From assembly GCA_024704765.1 (NCBI GenBank), contig JAKMXF010000288.1, positions 310,001-374,000 on the forward strand: a stretch of 64,000 nt of DNA, written 5' to 3'. Below are positions 51,601 through 60,469 of the stretch, one piece after another. The position numbers and the translations under genes are program-made. The notes beneath the pieces are model-generated. The model searched no databases. It saw only the letters and a program-made list of their open reading frames with translations, and was not told the DNA's origin. Position 1 is the stretch's first letter, and each line of letters opens with the position of its first letter. This DNA is from Oopsacas minuta. Taxonomy: Eukaryota > Animalia > Porifera.

Positions 51601-54166
51601 CGAAAATTTCCAAAAGAATTTTTTCGTCGTTTCCAGAGGTAAGATCTTTCAAAATACAAGAGTTATACGTGTTTAATGGAACGCTCATGTCTCTATGAGT
51701 AACCACGTGTTTGAAAATATGTTCCACTCCCTCTCGAGGATACCGCCATTGGACACGAGCACTGGAAAACGTCACAGGTTCGAAAGAAATTTTTGGTTGA
51801 TAAATCCGATTTTCCGTCCGATCAGATATTCGTAGAGGCTGTGATGTATGAATTTTACTATTAATACAACCATCTTCATCAAATGCAACCACACGCATAA
51901 CAACGAAACCTTCACTATGGAATTTAATAGCATTCTCCGACATAACTTGAGTGTCAGGTGAATTTGAAATCGGACACGAACCATCGAGGGTATAAATAAT
52001 ATTTTGTCCTGTCTCGAAATAAACTGAATCGCCGACAACAGCTTCATTCCACTCAACAATTGGCATATTAGGTGTCGGACAGACACAAGTGTCATGTGAT
52101 ATCTTAACCACAATCAGCTGATTCATGAATTCTAATTGATACATTCCTTCTTTCCAAAATGTAACCATGATCAATTCAAGTGGATTCAATGTGATAGTGA
52201 TGGGCACCATTACAACCAGATTGGAATTCAGTGAAACCTCAATTTTAGAGTCAAAATTCGAACACAAAACTAGGAAATCGCCTGGATTCAAATACCTTTC
52301 ATTTCTAGCGAGAAATAATGGCAACAGAATGGTATTTTGAGCCAATATTTGGTCCGAAACTATGAAATAAGGAATAGGGACGACTGGGGCATTTTCCATT
52401 TCAACAAATCTCACATTCAAAAGAAATTGCAGGAGGCCTTGGACCGAGACATTTAATACTGAGCACCCTTGGCTAAGTTGTGTGACATAATCACTGAATT
52501 CAAATTCATTGGATACCACTTCTATTTGTAGATGAGGTGGACATACCCACACAATCCAGTCGTTTACACAAACTTTCAAAAGTTTCGGCTTAAGCACGAT
52601 TGATGGCGAACAGATTATCGTATGTACTTTCGTCGCTGGCCAGACTATGATTTCCCCACGGACCGGATGGTCATGTCCTTCACTGATGAAATAGAAATTT
52701 CCTAATTTGTCGAACCGCTGGTGAAAACCTGAATTGGAAGAGGGGTAGCCGTTATTTATCGGAGATAATCGACCATGAATTCGCTCACCATCGAAAGAAA
52801 CTTGTACAATATTATGCGAAGAAGCATCCTTACCCCAATACCACAAGATAGAGTCCCCTAGCGTGATGTCACAATTTTGTGGAGCAAACCCGGTCTGGTT
52901 TACCATAATATTATGGGTCTTATTCGAAGCAGAGGCAATAGCGATTAGTTTTTGTTCCGTTTTAAATAAATGCACTCCGAGATTTAAGACTCGATACTCG
53001 ATATACCTGCCCGCGAATATTTTCTCCATAAGCCTACCGGATAGTATGAATAAATCCTGATTATTTGATTGGCGGGTTCTAGCAGTTGTTACAGACAGTA
53101 ACGGAGGGTCTGTTTTTGATTGGCTGTTGAAACAAAGAAAGTCTCCTACTTTACATTCGAGAATTACTGAATCGAATCCTTGGCGGGAATATATGATTTC
53201 GTGACGCTTGGGGGCCGATTGGACTATTAGGAACCCAGAGGTGCTATTTGTCTCCCCGACTGTCGCAAAATTGTAGATCCCCGGTTTGGAAAATGTTCTG
53301 TAAAAATAGGGTCTTTTCATCATAGGTTCTGAGTTGAAATCTGAGTCATCAGTGAAGGTAATTTCTGTTTCAGATAAATGGAAAAGTACGGGGATGCCTG
53401 TGATAATTTCTGAGACCAAAGGCTCGACCCCTTCATCCCTGATCTCGACAAGATGTGACAAAGTTTGCGAGTAACTACGTAGACTACAAATATCCAATAT
53501 AAAATCAGTGCCTATAAAAATCGCGAATGTTGAAACTCCAGACCGCGAAGGGGTAAAAGTAATCTGCCCAGACCGTCCGACCTCAAAATCATAATGTGTG
53601 AAATTTCGAAAAACTTGCAATTCCAGATCGATTTCGCCTCTCGCAATTGAAATTGGAGAAGTCAAATTTTTCCATGTAAACACTACTGGCAATCCAATGT
53701 GGCCAATTAAATACGGGTATTCAAAGCCAGCGTCCGTTACAGCGCACTTTATTGGATTTCTAGTCAACACCATGACATTTATGAAATAAGAAATTCTTAC
53801 ATTTGGATTGAATTCAACCGCATTCTCAATCACAGCGAAAGTTAACCTAATCGGAAAATGGAATATCGTTTCGAATTCTGAGTTGTCCTCGTCTAAAACA
53901 AAATTGGTACCACCTTGGATGGGTGCATATTGTTGTCCACTTTTGAACACCTCAATCACGCGCCATTTTGATATCAGCCCAGGTGTGAACGTCCAGTGGA
54001 CACTATCATTGGTGGACATGTATAATTTATACTGGGTGTTACTCGTGGGTTGAGAAATGGCAATATTGTGGCGGTGTATTGGTTCTGTTTCAGACCATCC
54101 TGGTTGCTGGGGAACATTCTGTGTGGAATGTTGTACGTGTTTAGGTGTTGAACAACCTGTACCCAT
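45611..54166 (-). CDS. Giant single-exon protein (~2850 aa): acylation signal, cupredoxin-like repeats, Fn3-associated domain, FN3 array, C-terminal thioredoxin-like fold
   Basis: Uninterrupted 8.5 kb ORF. Likely start MGTGCS at 54166 (follows an AG acceptor). Cupredoxin-like VNQTGFAPQNCDITLGDSILWYW...HNIVQV; IIYTLDGSCP; many FN3 motifs (W..P...GY.V..N, Y...L.AL); C-terminal FFTIWCKSS...IIGVPTFAVF..NG..AWLG. Confidence 0.85.
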   Translation of the reverse strand: MGTGCSTPKHVQHSTQNVPQQPGWSETEPIHRHNIAISQPTSNTQYKLYMSTNDSVHWTFTPGLISKWRVIEVFKSGQQYAPIQGGTNFVLDEDNSEFETIFHFPIRLTFAVIENAVEFNPNVRISYFINVMVLTRNPIKCAVTDAGFEYPYLIGHIGLPVVFTWKNLTSPISIARGEIDLELQVFRNFTHYDFEVGRSGQITFTPSRSGVSTFAIFIGTDFILDICSLRSYSQTLSHLVEIRDEGVEPLVSEIITGIPVLFHLSETEITFTDDSDFNSEPMMKRPYFYRTFSKPGIYNFATVGETNSTSGFLIVQSAPKRHEIIYSRQGFDSVILECKVGDFLCFNSQSKTDPPLLSVTTARTRQSNNQDLFILSGRLMEKIFAGRYIEYRVLNLGVHLFKTEQKLIAIASASNKTHNIMVNQTGFAPQNCDITLGDSILWYWGKDASSHNIVQVSFDGERIHGRLSPINNGYPSSNSGFHQRFDKLGNFYFISEGHDHPVRGEIIVWPATKVHTIICSPSIVLKPKLLKVCVNDWIVWVCPPHLQIEVVSNEFEFSDYVTQLSQGCSVLNVSVQGLLQFLLNVRFVEMENAPVVPIPYFIVSDQILAQNTILLPLFLARNERYLNPGDFLVLCSNFDSKIEVSLNSNLVVMVPITITLNPLELIMVTFWKEGMYQLEFMNQLIVVKISHDTCVCPTPNMPIVEWNEAVVGDSVYFETGQNIIYTLDGSCPISNSPDTQVMSENAIKFHSEGFVVMRVVAFDEDGCINSKIHTSQPLRISDRTENRIYQPKISFEPVTFSSARVQWRYPREGVEHIFKHVVTHRDMSVPLNTYNSCILKDLTSGNDEKILLEIFDIGSDILLESATFKFEFPFYEITTVPEVSIGKDSALELVRISWQRQTNSIPVVREYTVHVDDRLNCCIPAEFEEGPFEKGDESKCVVFLEDLEEGEVYVIQVSALATSSDGTTLVFESPQLTYNHPFSKSLSTESPKISSTDIDGRSFSVESDDICANDWDSMKIGEHFGPQGANFVQEDIVVMQNNIHELSVGREILSHIQRTISQLSTSTMTPIIESELENDSHELAPNSERCENSRTASLISLVGKNSSVNSVNKQMNEYKIEFLPKDFAISFIEVCWKISDGNECFMKINLERTMLELNGVGIFSGSASVGDFIIKEFETGLVNCVSLVAIVDEENTNPVRLSKNIFFAKSVGIQPVSLKPNQNFKNSVKLIAENDLSLSLDSLDLRFTKQTEFFRSEIGQNSSQIKPNKIHYHITCISPDGQSCTFEGSTSDEMQGTPYLTFFENEIILFNSKLGHSYTLSTKVLYPEHHIDTSNNILYILPIESPSYVVNFTTPGPPIPKRPILTSFNRSAIHIQWEEATIVTAPILGYVVFINETAFNEIITFSHLSFSLNNPTPGMKYVFTILALTNHPCGNSNGISYTESQPIEAYDSCNMSDPLEFEFSGILPLPLVQKVIPCFGTSVKVFWKVERKNGVFLVPDSFALLWKPVEDPLECDMKRIVYKSIDEYSYKLLGLLPWTLYKLEITVFHKNRNGEFIEAKTEPFTFMSPGPPLPPLNLNPDILWFDRIRVKWDSRSAELIKLVSWHIWAFVYYENKVFVRFEKVNFTQSHFEMDDLKSNTAYFIEFYSVRDDLKLIWEKSSDPIEAYEMKSRILLSLHTAVRLDVRTLSLDLNTQLQVTSNEEGEVLVVWGQIKFPESVKLFSYTLECCIGNEPSDIHCEETSNQPQILDLDKIATDHVFKNLPTGLIYQILLHCNLLQPDEPSEMYRVLLVKNIFRLPAPPEKPILFLSEINPSTLMISWNKSLTHQSIDGNIRSIFKGYRIYVNGTSQRILNRNTTKYSVCVNRTQNSLFEIKLVALGRTSCRANNEKMLVFDEENESESLLVDFRNFAQYFVFCSMHYIDLKGCADQSDSVLGCVNVSWRLNLSNLKDLMTIKLIWWYKNDDYKHETVLTNTQTEFQIENPIPKLVCVVQICLNFAEKTIFSPIFHSQISSPPEPPFIQFSDIPSPRGVNIKWHEPRQYCDFLICGYQMYSDDIVIGPELQPINFEAFLPIKASENYNLKLQALVSEEIPKRIFSNIIQTLVHTKKHPKNGVARKNIDAFLKEVKSQSIEVGWNYYTPEDRVPNHFRVEWSSISHPIPKVSKLTHTISYYTIRECVPGAIYFIHVKAMAKSDKLIATSSQIKIQTPATPSMPRLSLKEVTSNKIHLEWKHPIEYGDATVTGFVLFIDQTDSVEIDSGANSFSYDALPCREYFFRLQALTNHLVGNSKLSNNLIIETSGLKVPTPKQISSGKLHSIAVAMDTVVKMGNVKVEKIDVFCAPKNEFFEKIENYLLHPDCIAHVDLAPDTRKDTFHSLMNQSDFVVFIRATDNLGAEYYSEIIQMSVAITPDPPIVFFTNLSLNKRTNCIGELLNLINERDSLLLKLCWQQTKRVDTRTPKGQKICQEIAELSSELLKMEKSISVMLKYLQSHSMLISVLLRWEVVVDTPEVLISGYQVCVNGNKHMNLSSKQTNCSVEVNKNKYPESVSICVRACTEHPIGVGEVSESLSISWEKDFPSFSSFCLKNCHSEASVCCYLPSFEAECSHTKLTLKELTTRGYFDKQEYTQNKNTHNTKVWNVSKERIEIFPPKSENIIVALFFTIWCKSSIKLLELFTEFAECHSTEMKLVCVCINSGDSHVNSNHTNALSIVEQTTTSIEFFCACGQCLKPNPVDVYSIIGVPTFAVFYSNGSLAWLGRHASKDFSDFESFLIHTTQRVLDNRCSTQKCQYCMPKQRPITSAYSIASEDKRSIKSGALSRSISTPSTAKSRQLSSHPFSVYTTQSKPKPAKK

Positions 54167-54275
54167 AAATCCTAATTGAATAGAAATATGATAAATATAT
54201 TGCAAGCTTGGCGATCACACTGTTACAGAAAACTTAGTTCTAAGACTGATAAGGCTTGTAAGCAGCCCACTATTC

Positions 54276-54289
54276 GTTACCATGGCAAC
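54276..54289. promoter_or_regulatory. Consensus RFX X-box upstream of the giant gene
   Basis: GTTACCATGGCAAC, 110 bp upstream of ATG; AAAC repeats (forkhead-like cores) at ~54335-54361; duplicated at 60863-60876. Confidence 0.6.
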
Positions 54290-55486
54290 AAAAGCCGTTT
54301 GGCTAATTGATACACATTCAATTGTCAATTATATACAAACAACAAACAAACAAACAAACAAATTTCTATAATATTAGAATATTGGAGATAAAATAGAAAG
54401 TTTTGAGTGTTTAAAGACAACCAAATGCAATAATTCTATATTCTAAACTAGGAAAATTCGCCTTTTCCCGCCATAAAATGATGTCTCAAGGTGGCACACG
54501 GATATTTCTAAGAAATATTTTCAAGAAAGATACACAATTGATTTCAAAGCTAAACATCTGGCAGAATGGAATTCAGTTCAAATCTATTTCAAAGACTTTG
54601 AAACAAATATTATACATCTTAACTTGGGCACAAATATGGCAACAAAGACGCAAAAAATGGGTCAAGTGGTTGTTAGAAATTCAAGGTGACAGATGGGGTA
54701 TTTGGAAAAGTGGGACACTATTGGCGGGAGTGTTTTTCAGGTTTGATAAAGAAGGAATAAAGAATGAAGAATTGATCAAGTGAGTTTATTCTTCATTTAG
54801 TATTATTGTAATATCCATAGTTGTTATTCTCTGTATAGTAACCAGGATTACTTACGAACTGTGCCGACCACGAAGTGATTCACGTTCCCGCTGCTAGCAC
54901 TCCCTTCGATTTACTTACCCCTAAATCAGACAATTAGTGTTACGATATAAGGAAAGATCCCTGATTTCAATTCCTTAAATAATATTTCGTCAATAATCAG
55001 AGAGGCGTCCGACGCTCTTAGATAAATCCTTCTTGCATACAATATTCGTTTGTTTAAAAGTGGCAGTATCATAATATTAGTACAGAAGGTGAATGAATTT
55101 GTAGAATTTACTCCCTAACAGTCATAGACATGTGTCCAATAGGGGGGCGAAACCGTTAGCGTTTAAGGCTCGTAAGCCCTCTAAAATGTGCTTAAGGGGT
55201 ATATTTACCCTATATTTTTCCAAAATATTGGAAAAACTGGAAAATTTCACGATTAGTGGATTATTGCGTTTTCGGCAACGTTAGACACTTCCTAACTTCT
55301 TTTTCAAATTTTGTATAGCTATCTTTTATAGTTATTAAAATATTCCACTTTTCCATAACTCATTTTCTGAATTTTGATCTAGATTTTGTCATAAAAATTT
55401 TATTTTCCATTTTTTCGCCAAAACCTCATTTTATTGTTCTTTTGACATTTGATAAATATTTCTATATGATTATATTTTGTTGAGAT

Positions 55487-55598
55487 GTTGCTATGGCCTA
55501 GTGGACGTGTGCTAAAGACTTAACTGCTGTATAGAGGCGAGGTCCGGGTTCGAATCCGGGACAGGAAGAAAATTTGATTTATCAGCTATAACACACAC
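55487..55598 (+). mobile_element. tRNA-derived SINE-like element
   Basis: A box tggcctagtgg (55494-55504), B box ggttcgaatcc (55547-55557), AC-rich tail; no acceptor or anticodon stem. Confidence 0.6.
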
Positions 55599-56120
55599 AA
55601 CAAATCGCATCTTTCCTTCCATGTGAAGAAACGGCGACAAAAATACACGAAGTCACCTCAAGAAATCTTTTGTTAACATCAAGTATTTTTCTTAAAATAT
55701 TTTCTCCATTTCATTCAGTAAAATGAGAGAATCGTGTTTATAGAGTTTAATATCATCAAACATTTCAATTAAACAACCTTGCAAAGACTCATACTTTGTC
55801 CAATGGGCTGTCGCACTCTGAACACAAAGATTGACACTCCTCCGTGGCAAGGCTACCTACGTTATCCTCATTGGAAAATGGAGTTGTGTTAGGAAAGGTT
55901 GTGGTGGAACAATTTCGGAAATATTCGCACATTGCATTTGTATGGCGCGCAACTTGCGTTGCTCGACATATGAAAAATGATAGAATAGTTTCATATCATC
56001 AAGGGATATAAAGGTGACGTCAGTAATAGTTTTGACACCTAGCTCGAATCTAGATTCTAGATCGTGTTTGATGAAAATATCTCGCAATGTTCTTTCCTTG
56101 AGTGCTTGAGAATCAGCCAT
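55582..56120 (-). pseudogene. SAM-caspase N-half, copy 1
   Basis: SAM-like ORF MADSQ...EQRKLRAIQ, then in shifted frames YESLQGCLIEMFDDIKLYK and EVTSCIFVAVSSHGRKDAICC (caspase catalytic His motif). Confidence 0.75.
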
Positions 56121-56719
56121 TTGTTATATATTCTAATTGTTGAAGGATATTTTGGTCAGAATTTGCCTTTTTAAAATCTAAATTAGTCAAACTATAACTA
56201 CCCAAAAGGTGTGAAAATATTCACATATCCCCGAGGTACACATCTAAACCCCCAAAAGTATCCATGTGCCAATTTTCATGCCAATAGGATATCGCTGAGT
56301 ACGTTCAGCGCTGAACTACGTGCTGGGTACTTTTTATATACAGTATACATATTACTTCTAAGCAGAATTTGAATCTTCATATACATATCACATATGTCGA
56401 TGCTGGTTATAACAAACTCGCGTTTTAAATGGTCTATCTATTCTTAATGAATCGTGTTCTTATACACCCAACTGTGCAGTATTACCAGATTTTACAGTAG
56501 TGTTATTGGTTTAACTGTTTATGATTTTTACGATATTTCGTGTATAAGCGCTACAGGTACTTTCTTAATCACTGAGATTTACTCAAAATTGTAGGCTTTT
56601 TCACTTCAAAACTTCCAAGGAAAATAGAACAAGCAAGCATACTATTTTCATATTGTTTTTGCATATAACTAATAATGTAAATATTCAACTCAATACTACT
56701 ACTAGAATTGTGATATTGT

Positions 56720-57037
56720 TCATAGTTGCATTTTGTTGAATGAAATCACTAAAGTTGTGGGTGCAAACGATGATCCCACAGCAGATGAGTAAGGCCCCAT
56801 AGGTGGTAGTGGATCAATTCCTAAAATCTTTGCACACTGTATCTGTAACGCGCGTAACCTTTGTAGCTCGATATATGAAAAATTATGGACTTCTTTCATC
56901 TCCTCAGGCCAAAGAAATGTTACGTCACTAATTGTTTCGACGCCTAGCTCAATAAATAAATTGATTTTAGACTCGAAGCCGTATTCTATGACAATATCTT
57001 GCCATGTTCTTTGGTTGAATACTTGAGAAACTGCCAT
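56720..57037 (-). CDS. Stand-alone SAM-domain ORF, diverged paralog of the caspase prodomain
   Basis: WQDIVIEYGFESKINLFIELGVETISDVTFLWPEEMKEVHNFSYIELQRLRALQ fits the SAM pattern; no caspase sequence recognised downstream. Confidence 0.55.
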   Translation of the reverse strand: MAVSQVFNQRTWQDIVIEYGFESKINLFIELGVETISDVTFLWPEEMKEVHNFSYIELQRLRALQIQCAKILGIDPLPPMGPYSSAVGSSFAPTTLVISFNKMQL

Positions 57038-57157
57038 GTAAGTATATTTGCCTGTTTTAGAATTGAAGAATTGAAATATATTTCTATGATTCCATATTTA
57101 TAGTGTTGAAGGAAATAGAAGAATCATTAGGTTTCAAATAATGGAATATATTAATGA

Positions 57158-57307
57158 CAACTATCAATGACAGAATCCTTTGTTTGCTAAGTGTTATATT
57201 GATAATAGCAATTATTCTATTAGAGAAACAAAGGAATCAATATTGTGATATTAATAACAACTGTCAATGACAGAATCCTTTGTTTGCTAAGTGTTATATT
57301 GATAATA
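57158..57307 (+). repeat. 50-bp direct repeat, two copies with period 100
   Basis: caact(a/g)tcaatgacagaatcctttgtttgctaagtgttatattgataata at 57158 and 57258. Confidence 0.85.
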
Positions 57308-57319
57308 TTTCGTCGTGAT

Positions 57320-57430
57320 GTTGCTATGACCTAGTGGACGTGTGCTAAAGACTTAACTGCTGTATATACGCGGAGTCCCGGGTTCGAATCCGGGACAGGA
57401 AGAAAATTTGATTTATCAGCTATAACACAC
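57320..57430 (+). mobile_element. tRNA-derived SINE-like element, copy
   Basis: Same A/B boxes; tcccgg/ccggga T-arm-like stem; different 5' flank. Confidence 0.6.
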
Positions 57431-57880
57431 ACAACAAATCGCATCTTTCCTTCCATGTGAAGAAACGGCGACAAAAATACACTAAGGTCACCTCAAGAAA
57501 TCTTTTGTTAACATCAAGTATTTTCCTTAAAATATTTTCTCCATTTTCATTCAGTAAAATGAGAGAATCGTGTTTATAGAGTTTAATATCATCAAACATT
57601 TCAATTAACAACCTTGCAAAGACTCATACTTTGTCCAATGGGCTGTCGCACTCTGAACACAAAGATTCACACTCCTCCGTTGGCAAGGCTACCTACGTTA
57701 TTCTCATTGGAAAATGGAGTTGTGGAAACCAAGGGTGTTAGGGAAAGTTGTGATGGAACAATTTGGGAAATATTCGCATATTACATTTGCATGGCGCGCA
57801 ACTTGCGTTGCTCTATATGTGGTAAATTATAGAATTGTTAATTGTTTCATATCATCAAGGCTTGAGAATCTGCCATTTGT
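57416..57880 (-). pseudogene. SAM-caspase N-half, copy with deleted SAM start
   Basis: In one frame IEQRKLRAMQM*YANISQIVPSQLSLTPLVSTTPFSNENNVGSLANGGV*, then LIEMFDDIKLYKHDSLILLNENGENILRKILDVNKRFLEVT, frameshift, FVAVSSHG. Confidence 0.7.
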
Positions 57881-58127
57881 TATATATTCTATATTGTTGA
57901 AGGATATTTTGTCAATCATTATTTTCAGAGTGCGACTGCTCATTGAACACATGTTCGTCTTTGACAACAAACTTTTCAGGAATTGATTTGCTGAGCTGAG
58001 TAGGCTCTCTGGGTACAAAACACCTCCAAAATATATTGGCCTAACACTGGTAGTGAATATGAAATCAAATCTATTGAGAGCGAAGCCAAGAAATATTGAA
58101 TAAATTCGTTGAGTTGTTAATCTGTTA

Positions 58128-58241
58128 GCTGATAAATCAAATTTTCTTCCTGTCTCAGCTTCCTGTCTCAGGATTCGAACCCGGACCTCGCCTCTATACA
58201 GCAGTTAAGTCTTTAGCACACGTCCACTAGGCCATAGCAAC
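58128..58241 (-). mobile_element. tRNA-derived SINE-like element, inverted copy
   Basis: Reverse complement of the 55487 element with a small internal duplication (ttcctgtctcag twice). Confidence 0.6.
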
Positions 58242-59124
58242 ATCTCAACAAATATAATCACATAGAAATATTTATCAAATGTCAAAAGAACAATAAAATG
58301 AGGTTTTGACGAAAAAATGGAAAATAAACTTTTTATGACGAAATCTGTATCAAAATTCAGAAAATGAGTTATGTAAAAAGTGGAATATTTTCAAAACTAT
58401 AAAAGATAGCTATACAAAATTTGAAGAAGAAGTTAGGAAGTGTCTAACGTTGCCCAAAATGCAATAATCCACTAATCGTGAAATTTTCCAATTTTTCCAA
58501 AATTTTGTAAAATATACCCCTTAAGCACATTTTTGAGGCCTTACGAACCTTAAACGCCAACAGTTTCGCCCCCCTATTGGACACATGTCTATGACTGTTA
58601 GGGAGTAAATTCTACAAATTCATTCACCTTCTGTACTAATATTATGATACTGCCACTTTTAAACAAACGAATATTGTATGCAAGAAGGATTTATCTAAGA
58701 GCGTCGGACGCCTCTCTGATTATTGACGAAATATTATTTAAGGAATTGAAATCAGGGATCTTTCCTTATATCGTAACACTAATTGTCTGATTTAGAGGTA
58801 AGTAAATCGAAGGGAGTGCTAGCAGCGGGAACGTGAATCACTTCGTGGTCGGCACAGTTCGTAAGTAATCCTGGATATTACAATAATACTAAATGAAGAA
58901 TAAACTCATTTGATCAATTCTTCATTCTTTATTCCTTCTTTATCAAACCTGAAAAACACTCCCGCCAATAGTGTCCCACTTTTCCAAATACCCCATCTGT
59001 CGCCTTGAATTTTTAACAACCACTTGACCCATTTTTTGCGTCTTTGTTGCCATATTTGTGCCCAGGTTAAGATGTATAATATTTGTTTCAAAGTCTTTGA
59101 AATAGATTTGAACTGAATTCCATT
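58128..59124 (-). repeat. ~1 kb inverted duplicate of 54565-55590
   Basis: Reverse complement of the same block, with a 27-bp microhomology deletion. Confidence 0.9.
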
Positions 59125-59188
59125 AATAGATGATGTGTTCTTGTGCGATTAAATATAGTTAGAATTGTTAGTTTCTAATGAATAAGTA

Positions 59189-59598
59189 TTAAATGAATAG
59201 TAACTTGCTGAATGTAGATACCAAATACATTGTTTGTTTCAAATTCTATTTGCCATGTTGGAAGTTCCTATCCAACATGAGACTATTCGCAAAAGTCAGT
59301 ATACGACAAAATCTTCATTTCCAACAGTTTCATAAGCCTCTAAGAGTGCATTTACGAACCAAGATCCCTTGCTGGTGTCTCTATACGACACATAACCCGG
59401 AACACACGAGTACGCTACAAGGAAGTCACTCTCTTTCGTCGCAGCTCGGTAGGTAGCGAAATTTTCTGTGGTGGAGTCTGTTTCATCTTGGTCTCTTGAT
59501 TTATCCCCGCCGGCCTCAATCAATAAAACTTTTGGTTTGGAAATCAATTCTGGTATTTGCAGCATCGCAATCTTTCCAGTGGATCCATCAAAATACAA
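59189..59598 (-). pseudogene. Caspase C-half (end of p20 plus p10), degenerate
   Basis: FDG...KPKVLLIEAGGD (QACRG site lost), DFLVAYSCVPGYVSYRDTSKGSWFV, then frameshift and stop before STFSKLLFI*. Confidence 0.85.
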
Positions 59599-59906
59599 TA
59601 AAATCTAAAATTCAAACTGTGCGGACAGCTCAGTATACTAATTGAGTCTTTATAAAAGTGGCAGTATCATAATATTAGTACAGAAGGTAAAATGAATTTG
59701 TAGAATTTACTCCCTAACAGTCATAGACATGTGTCCAATAGGGGGGCGAAACCGTTGGCGTTTAAGGTTCGTAAGCCCTCAAAAATGTGCTTAACAGCCC
59801 AAGAGTGGTATCTTGCTGTGGGAGCGGGTGGGAGCGCCGCTTCCATTCTTTTTTTAACAAATCAAATTGGCAAGTAACAATTACTTCACAAGTTACTGAA
59901 TTTGTG

Positions 59907-60007
59907 TATCTGGGGCCTCATTTACTAAACAACTTAACTTAAGATTTGCTTAACTTAAAGTTAAGCAAATCTTAAGTTAAGTTGTTTAGTGAATGAGGCC
60001 CCAGATA
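59907..60007. repeat. Near-perfect 101-bp palindrome/hairpin
   Basis: 49-bp arms with one mismatch (T/G wobble) around a 3-nt TAA loop. Confidence 0.92.
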
Positions 60008-60469
60008 TCTACAGTAGCATACAATCAATATTTGAAATCAATTGAAATTTGTTCAAAATATAATTAAGTCGAGTTGAGAGAGCGAATGTTTACTTTATAG
60101 CGCCGTGAATGTATTGTACTTGTTTTGAAGAACAATGGGAAGTTTTACCTCTACTATGTATTATCCTATCCGAATCTAGCGTTAATCGTAAACAAAATAT
60201 TTATTTCAAATTATTCTTTTAATTAAGTAATAATTATATTATAAACTACGTATCCTGGAATGTAGGATATATAAAATTATTAATTATAATATTCTGAGCC
60301 CATAAACAAGAGGAATTTTGTAAGTATTATTAGTTAAATAATTTGGGGTACTCAATCACTTGTTAGAACTCTATTTTCAGATTTACTACTAAGCCTTTGA
60401 TATCATTCATATCTTATTAAGTCAATTACCGGTGTATTGTTTGAATTTTGTATTAGAAATTAGGATATA

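Larger units (their letters stand above)
54265..56289 (+). repeat. ~2 kb segmental duplication, copy 1
   Basis: Near-identical to 60851-63140 from agcccactattcgttacc to gccaataggatatc. Confidence 0.92.

Noticed and set aside
54478-54783. 101-aa ORF MMSQGGTR... (also 61070-61375 and 58906-59091)
   Set aside because: Recurs only because it lies in the duplicated block; no motif recognised and the inverted copy is truncated.
55487-55570. Possible genuine tRNA gene
   Set aside because: A and B boxes and a T-arm are present, but no acceptor or anticodon stem can be formed.
56205-56289. Helentron/HINE-like end (aaaggtgtgaaaatat...gtgccaattttcatg), echoed at ~29255 and ~63050
   Set aside because: Resemblance is from memory and too short to assign a class without a repeat library.
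57158-57307. CRISPR-like repeat-spacer pattern
   Set aside because: Only two 50-bp repeats, eukaryotic context, no cas genes.
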